Of a stretch of 26,512 bases of DNA, positions 20,079-26,512 are shown one piece after another; the first letter of the stretch is position 1; each line of letters opens with the position of its first letter. The translations under genes and the position numbers were made by a program. The stretch comes from Octopus sinensis. Taxonomy: Eukaryota. The notes beneath the pieces were generated by a model. The model was not told where the DNA came from. It ran no database searches and saw only the letters and a list, made by a program, of their open reading frames with translations. Location of the stretch: positions 1-26,512 of the forward strand of contig NW_021834716.1 of NCBI RefSeq assembly GCF_006345805.1. The letters are read 5' to 3'.

Positions 20079-23000
20079 GTGAAGTGTGTCAATGTGCCTA
20101 ACCTGGGACCAGCTCCTGGGACTTGGAAGCAAGCTCACTTGCTCACTTTCTCGACCTTGAAGCAAGCTCACTTGCTCAACGATTTCAGGCCGCTGGATTT
20201 AGATGTAGCCGGCATTAGTGAAACAAGAATTTCCGGGAAGCATGCTCTAGTATCCATCTTCGAAGACAATGGGATATTCTCATCTTATGGTCTATCGAGA
20301 TATTCTCATCTTGTGGTCCTTTGGGTGGCAGTGTAGCAGTGCTATTCCGGAAATCCTTATATTTCCAAGTACGAACAATCTTCTTGGACCTGGATGATAA
20401 GGTAGTGGTCCTGGACGTGAATGGCAGCGAAGGTGACGCCTTTAGACTGGTAGCCGTTTATGACCCGGCAGAGGTTGGAATGCTAGATTTCTTCAGGCGT
20501 CTTGAAACACTCTTGGGAACGTCTCGCACTTTAGTACTAGTGGGGGACTGGAATAGTGTTTTGGACGCTGGGAAGGACTGTTTGGTGTCTAGCGTATAGC
20601 AGAAGGAATGTGTAAGCCTCGATAACCTGCTCAGAAATTTCCAGCTGTCGAACAGGTAGCAACTGGATTTCTTTGATGTGCCAGTGTGGACATGAATCAG
20701 CCACAACGGGGCATCCAGATCGTAGCTAGATTAGAGTATTTGTTAGGTCAGACAAGTGCCTACAATTCAAATTGATCAGCTACACAGACCACACATTTAT
20801 TATCTTCACGGTCGATTTAGAATGGACCTGTAGACAAGACCCGTAGACAGGATCCGGTTGCTGGAAGATGAATGCGTCCTTACCGAAACACAAAGACTAA
20901 AAGAACCGCGATAGCGAACTAGTTAAGCGGCATTGAAAGGTGCAATTGTCAACAACCGGTGGGGAATAAAATTGAAGAGGTCGATTAGATTAGAATCGAT
21001 AGCGTTTAGCAAAGATTTAGCTATAGAAATAAATAAATCCGAGGGTGAACTAGTTAGCAAACTAGAAAAGGCAATTAGTAAAGGTATTGCGACGACCGAC
21101 GTGCCAGCGGTGAGAATGGATTTTGACGGTTTCTTCGTGGAGAAACATGAAGGCTGCGTTGTCAGATCTAAGGCCCGTGCACTCAAACACAAAGGAACTA
21201 AAGCCGTCCGATGGGCCCAAACTGCTGAGAAGCAACGTGACAACAAGAACACGATCAGATCTTTGAAGGATTGGGATGAGTGAGTGCTACTCTGTTACGA
21301 GCAGATGTGTGCGGTTCCCCAGCAGCACTTCGAGAAGTTGTTTAGGGAGGGTGATGTGCCGGCGATGATAGCAGACTTTAGTTCATGCCTAAACAGACTG
21401 CCAGGGCTCTCGGCTGCGGACGCAAGGTTCTGCGAAAAGCCGATAACGGCCATTGAAATACGGGAGGCGATGAGCGATTGCACAAGTCGCAAATCGTCCG
21501 ATGTGGATGGTCTGCGTTATGAATTCTATGAGTTCATCACAGAATTGTTTGGTGGCCTCTTGACAGACATCTACCATAACTGACAGCAGAAGGGAAGAAT
21601 TCGTAATGCTGTTAACATGGTAACACTGCTGAGAAAGGGCGTCAACAATGAGGACATTCTGGGGTATTTTCACTCCATAACTCTGTTAAATACAGAGTTT
21701 AAGATTTTGGTCAAGGTGTTAGGGAAAAGGCTTGGTAGTCTGGTCGTGGAAGCGCAAATGTGTGCAATCCTGAATAGGTTTATCCACGACAACCTCCACC
21801 TGCTGCGAAACATCATAGAGAGGGCTGGGATTAAAGCTGGCTTCGGTGGGCCCTGATCAATTTGGATCAGTCCAAAGTACTCGATAGAATCGGTCATCGT
21901 CACTTGGAAGCTGTCTTGAAAGCGGCCGGTTTCGGACCCGTTTTCAGACGCTCAAACTAAACGGCCACCTATCGGAACCTTCTCACATCTCACGCTCGGT
22001 CGACCAGGGCTGCTCGCTGGAGAAACATGAAGGTTGCGTTCTCAGAGCTAAGGTCCGTGCACTCAAACACAAAGGAACGAAAGCCATCCGATGGACCCAA
22101 ACAGTTAAGATGCAACGTGACAACAAGAACACGATCAGATCTTTTACGGATTGGGGTGTGGAGATAGGAACAGTTGAGGGGCATCCTTTTTGAACTGGGA
22201 CACGGGAGAGCTGTATCGGGATGTGCGGACGACGTTACTGTCATGTTGTTGGACGCCTTCGAAGTGGAAACGGTCGACTCCATTCCAAAGGAATGCGAGT
22301 TGGTTGCAGGGGACAAAATCAAAGCTGACAAGTCGATGGACTTCCGGTTGGGCTCCTGGAGAGGAGGTCGAAGCCGTCAAAACTAACGAACCAATTAAAC
22401 TGCTAGGGTTCTAGTTTGGTTCCGACCATCAAGAGGATAAGAACTGGGACAAGGTGACGAACAGGGTGGCCAGTCTTACCCAGAAATGGTCAGAAAGGAA
22501 GCTGTCCTTGAAAGGTCGATTATAGGTGGTGAATGCCTACATCGCCTCCATTATCTGTTATCACCTGAACTTTCTGCTTTGCCCCAGTAACTGCTAGATC
22601 AGGGTAGAGCATTTCTTATTTATTTTTTATGGAAGGGATGCGTTCCAGTGGTCAGGCGGTCAGTCTACTTCCAGCACCCTCTGAGTGGCGGTTTAGGCAT
22701 GCTGTGGCTTCTAATGCGGGGACCCGCGCTCAGGTTATGCAACCTGCTACAATTTCTGGACGGTGAACGTGTCTGGGCTTCGTTTGTGAAGCACAGCATT
22801 CGGCCGCTCGTCACCTTGCCAGAGCTGCAGTCCTGGGTGAGAGGAAAGTCCGAGACTGGACGCCTGGCACCTAGAATATCGTCAGATGCTTCGTCCTCTA
22901 ACAGTCGGACAATGGGATCAGTAGAAGTTCCACTTTTGCGATATACAGAGGATCAGTGACGAAGAGGTGCAACGATGTCCTCAGGGAAACACTGAACGTC

Positions 23001-23506
23001 GATGAAAATGAACGAGCTAGTTTGTTCCGGAGAACTTTCTGGTCGAAGGCAATCAGAAATAACTTCCAGATGTCGTCCACCTGGCAGTGCTACCAGGGGG
23101 CGCTACCGGTTCAAAATAAACTTTACAGGAACGGATGTGCTGATAGTCGGGCTTGTCCGAGGTGCGCGCAGGGCGACGAAAATGTTCTGTATTGCTGAGT
23201 TACTCATTACTCTTTTAATTGTGTCAGTCATTTGACTGTGGCCATGCTGGAGCACTGCTTTTAGTGGAGCTAATCGACCCCAGAACTTATTCTTTGTAAG
23301 CCTAATACTTATTCTATCGTTCCCTTTTGCCGAACCGCTAAGTGACAGGGACGTAACACACCAGTATCGGTTGTGAAGCGATGTTGGGGGGACAAACACA
23401 GACATACAAACACACACATACATATTATATATATATGTATATATATTATATATATAAAATATATATATATAATATATATATATATATAAATATATATATT
23501 ATATAT

Positions 23507-23546
<40 letters not shown>

Positions 23547-23808
23547 CGATGGGCTTCTTTCACTTTCCGTCTACCAAATCCACTCACAAGGCTTTGGTCG
23601 GCCCGAGGCTAGAGTAGAAGACACTTGCCCAAGGTGGGACTGAACCCGGAACCATGTGGAGTTATGTCGAACATCCTTTGTCGCGTGTGGGACGGATCCG
23701 TCTGACGGCTGGGTCCATAGTGAGGATTATCCCCCGCCGCCACCACCACCACCACTGCCTTTAATTCGGCTGGTCAAGCATGGTAGCTGTGGCGAAAGAG
23801 ATTATCTA
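20079..23808 (+). mobile_element. Degraded L1/Tx1-clade LINE ORF2 (APE endonuclease, RT and C-terminal CCHC-like region), interrupted by a SINE
   Basis: EN motifs: ISETR, GGSVAVLF, LVAVYDP, LVGDWN, YTDH. RT motifs: KSSDVDGLRYEFY, ITLLNTEFKIL, QMCA..RFIHDNL, LDQSK, QGCSL, CADD, IKLLGF. Then GGLG and CPRC..E, with a continuation YVE..SRVGRIRL..VAVAKE at 23655-23808. Many stops and frameshifts. Confidence 0.92.
23201..23659 (-). mobile_element. SINE group A nested in the L1/Tx1 remnant, head truncated
   Basis: Reverse complement is colinear with ~797-1198, with an internal (TA)n and a (GAGTAA)-type tail. Confidence 0.9.
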
Positions 23809-24031
23809 CTAGCAGAATCGTTAGCACGTCGAACAAAATGCTTCGCAATATTTCGTCCGTCTTTTCACGTTCTTAGTTCAAATCCCGCCGAGGTCGACTT
23901 TACTCTTTATTCTTTCCGGGGGGTGGAGGTGGGGGGGTCGATAAAATAAGTTCCAGTTGAGCACTGGAATTGTTGTAATCGACTTACTCCTTTCACTGAA
24001 TTTACTGGCCTTGGGCCAAGCATTTAAAACC
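23809..24031 (+). mobile_element. SINE group B
   Basis: CTAGCAGAATCGTTAGCACG head, AGTTCAAATCCC B-box, and a central domain with a G-rich insertion. Confidence 0.88.
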
Positions 24032-24420
24032 ATCATTATTCTTGTTGTAGCTGCTGCTGCTGCTGTTGTTGTTGTTATTTATGGAGATATTGCTTAAGTT
24101 GTCAGCAGATACTCTATAATCTCGTCAGTCATTTTAAAATATCTCTTTTATCATCAAATAATATTTTCGGACGTTCTCCAGTCAGTCGAGATTCCTGCTT
24201 GCAATGAAAATCTCTGACATGTTTTCGATAATGCTAAACGTTTGATAATTGTATTTGCTACAATGTCAAAATTAATCTGATTCTGTCATGTATAAGATAC
24301 ACCTTCTGTTACTATTTTATTTCTTTGTTTATATATGTATATATATATATTTTTGTTTCTCGTTGGCGTATGTCGAATGAAGCCTTCCTGTCTTTTTATT
24401 TTATTTTTATTAATTCTTAT

Positions 24421-24612
24421 CTTTTTCATTTGTTTCAGTCATTGGACAGCTGCCATGCTGGAGCACCGCCTAGAAATCGATCCCGGTAATCCTAGTACTT
24501 ATTTCTTTTTAAGCTTGGTACGAATTCAATCGGTCCTCATTTGCCTAACCGCTAAACTACGATGGAGTAAATAAACCAACACCGGTTATCAAGCGGTGGA
24601 GGCAGACAAACG
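24421..24612 (-). mobile_element. SINE group A 3' domain
   Basis: Minus strand GGCGGTGCTCCAGCATGGCAGCTGTCCAATGACTGAAACA tail. Confidence 0.85.
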
Positions 24613-24785
24613 CAGTTGTTGCTCCTGCTGTTGTAGTTGTTGTTATTGTTGTTGTTGGTTGTTGTTGCTGCTGCTGCTGCTGTTGTTGTTGTTGTTGTTT
24701 TTGTTGTTGTTGTTGTTGTTGTTTATGTTGTTGTTGTTGTTGTTGTTGCTGTTTGTTGTTGTTGTTGTTGTTGTGTTGTTGTTGT
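24613..24785. repeat. (GTT)n/(GCT)n array
   Basis: Directly visible. Confidence 0.95.
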
Positions 24786-24963
24786 AAGAAACAAGACGGG
24801 TAAGGGTGATTAGGTGATGGTCTGGGGCTTAGGAGCGGGAGACCCCAGACCTTGGAAAAAAAATCTTTGGTCGCCTTGTTGTAGTCGAGGGCTCTTCGTT
24901 GATGCCCAACACCACTGGGAGGTCGCTGGAAATGGAGATCTCCAGGTCCAAATTCTTGAACGG
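24786..24963 (-). other. Unclassified ~180-bp segment embedded in CAA/CAG repeats, possibly a LINE 3' end
   Basis: GC3-biased coding-like frames, a perfect 9-bp hairpin (24819-24851) and a downstream (CAA)n. Confidence 0.3.
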
Positions 24964-24980
24964 CTGTTGTTGCTGCTGCT

Positions 24981-25360
24981 GTTTGTTTGTTTGTTTGTTT
25001 GTTGAGCGAAGCAGTCTTCGTCCCAGTAGTGGGAGAAGTCCAAAACGTGGTCCTTTGCTATTCGTAAGATCCGCAGAAGAGAAAGCAGGTCAACCCCCGA
25101 CACCGAGAGCATCGACGGATGGATGAATGCGCATCCAGGCTCAGCGTTTGCGTAGGAAGTCGGGGACAAGAAACAGGAAGAAAGAGTGAGAGAAAGTTGG
25201 AGCAAAAGAGTACAACAGGGTCTTCCCCCCCTGCCGGAGCCTCGTGGAGCTTTAGGTGTTTTTGCTCAATAAACACACACAACGCCCGGTCTGGGAATCG
25301 AAACCGCGATCCTCGGACCGTGAGTCCGCTGTCCTAACCACTAGGCCATTGCACCTTCAC
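24981..25360 (-). mobile_element. tRNA-derived SINE, group C-like head with a distinct body and a (CAAA)n tail
   Basis: A-box TGGCCTAGTGG (25348-25338), B-box GGTTTCGATTCCC (25305-25293), two terminal hairpins (25034-25007) and a (CAAA)5 tail. The 3' extent is inferred from the tail. Confidence 0.75.
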
Positions 25361-25982
25361 TGTTACTGCTGCTGTTGCTGCTGCCGCCGTTGCTGTTGTC
25401 GCTTCTTTGCACCCACTTGTGTTATGTACAAGTCTTTGCTGTTGCGAATAGCGCTGGTTTTGTTGCCTTCGTTGCTTTATGCGATTTGTTGCGAATAAAT
25501 GAGAGCCAAGATTCTGCTAAAATAAGTCAGAACAAGTCCAATACCTCGCCTGCGCTGCTATTCATTGCGTATGTGTTTGTGCATGTATGCATAAGTGTGT
25601 GTATGAGTTAGCGAAGTGCGGTGCCTACGAGAATTCTTGGGATTTTTCAGTGCCGTTTTCTTTTCATCGCTATGTTTTCTTACATGTGTCGTGAGCACTG
25701 TAGATTCGCTCTACGCAATTCCTTGTATTCGCTATACGCAATTCTTCGTATTTTCATCTGCTGCCCGTATGTCAGGTATACTTACGTTAACGAGTGTGAT
25801 AAAGTCAGCTTTATCAGATGTTCTTTTGCGTTGTTAGCAAGAACGGAGACGGGTCAGGTGATGGGATACTCCATCTTCGAAGCCTATTTGCTTGGAGTCG
25901 GCTTTCTGTGACGTCATCTGTCTATAAGGCTATGTGTATACGATGTATTACTATTTTTTTTGTGTATGTTTATGTGTGCGTG

Positions 25983-26021
<39 letters not shown>

Positions 26022-26272
26022 ATATATATAATATATATATAATATATGCATATATGTATGTATACACACATACACACACGTTTTCGTGCGTGTAAAGTCT
26101 GAGAGAAAATGTGTTGGGAACAAAGATAAAAGCTATGTTTTTGTGGTTTTACATATCAGGATGGTATCCGGTATTTGTGCCTAATGGATGGTGGCGGTGG
26201 TGGTGGTGGTGGAAGGGAAACATCTTTTCTTTGGGGTTGTCAAGGAATTCTTTGCTCCTGTTATACCAAAAA

Positions 26273-26420
26273 GAAATGCCGTGAAGTATTAACTTACCGC
26301 ATTTTTACATTCTGGTTTCAGATCCTAGCGAGGTCAATTTTGCCTTTCGTTTTTCTTGGGACCAGTAAAGTAAATTGCAGTCAAGTAATCAACTATCCCC
26401 ACCCCTGAAAAATATCAACA
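26273..26420 (+). mobile_element. Highly degenerate SINE group B fragment
   Basis: GCGAGGTCAATTTTGCCTTTCGTTTTTC resembles the group B central domain; ATT tail. Confidence 0.55.
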
Positions 26421-26512
26421 TATATTATTATTATTATTAATATAAAAGAAGAAAGGGGCTCTCTACCCCTCCCCCCTTTTGACCAGGCTCCCGTGGCTTT
26501 ATGGGTTTTTCC

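Noticed and set aside
23197-23664. GAGTTA as a TSD of the nested SINE
   Set aside because: The left copy overlaps the SINE tail repeat, and the right junction looks like a TGTGG microhomology deletion with L1 sequence apparently missing.
23918-23937. G-quadruplex-like G6-T-GG-A-GG-T-G7
   Set aside because: A local expansion of the SINE's GGGG run; at best two-tier, with no sign of function.
24810-25205. 131-aa minus ORF as a host gene exon
   Set aside because: It spans a SINE body, its (CAAA)n tail and a separate fragment; there are no convincing splice sites or recognisable domain.

Overview
This is repeat-saturated eukaryotic intergenic or intronic DNA. The SINE families and the TA/TG/CAT/TTA microsatellite load look like an Octopus-type (coleoid cephalopod) genome; this is inference from recognised repeat sequences, with no database search run. 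I find no intact protein-coding gene, and nearly all listed ORFs are microsatellite artefacts or antisense frames of transposons. The window holds two mariner elements (one full-length with TIRs and TA TSD, one fused to a LINE 3' end), two LINE 3' fragments, and a degraded, rearranged L1/Tx1-type element. It also holds about 14 copies or fragments of three tRNA-derived SINE groups and a stack of same-orientation element ends in (TAA)n tracts. The most notable signal is RNA-structural. A type I hammerhead ribozyme with a full consensus core and long stems lies on the minus strand at 4167-4295. Several smaller hammerhead-like motifs of different sequence surround it (3606-5672), and an inverted hammerhead-like pair sits at 1293-1382. 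This architecture is known from Penelope-like elements and retrozymes. Other highlights are a SINE/LINE shared 3' tail with a compensatory stem-loop, and a 21-bp minisatellite born from a SINE Pol III A-box.
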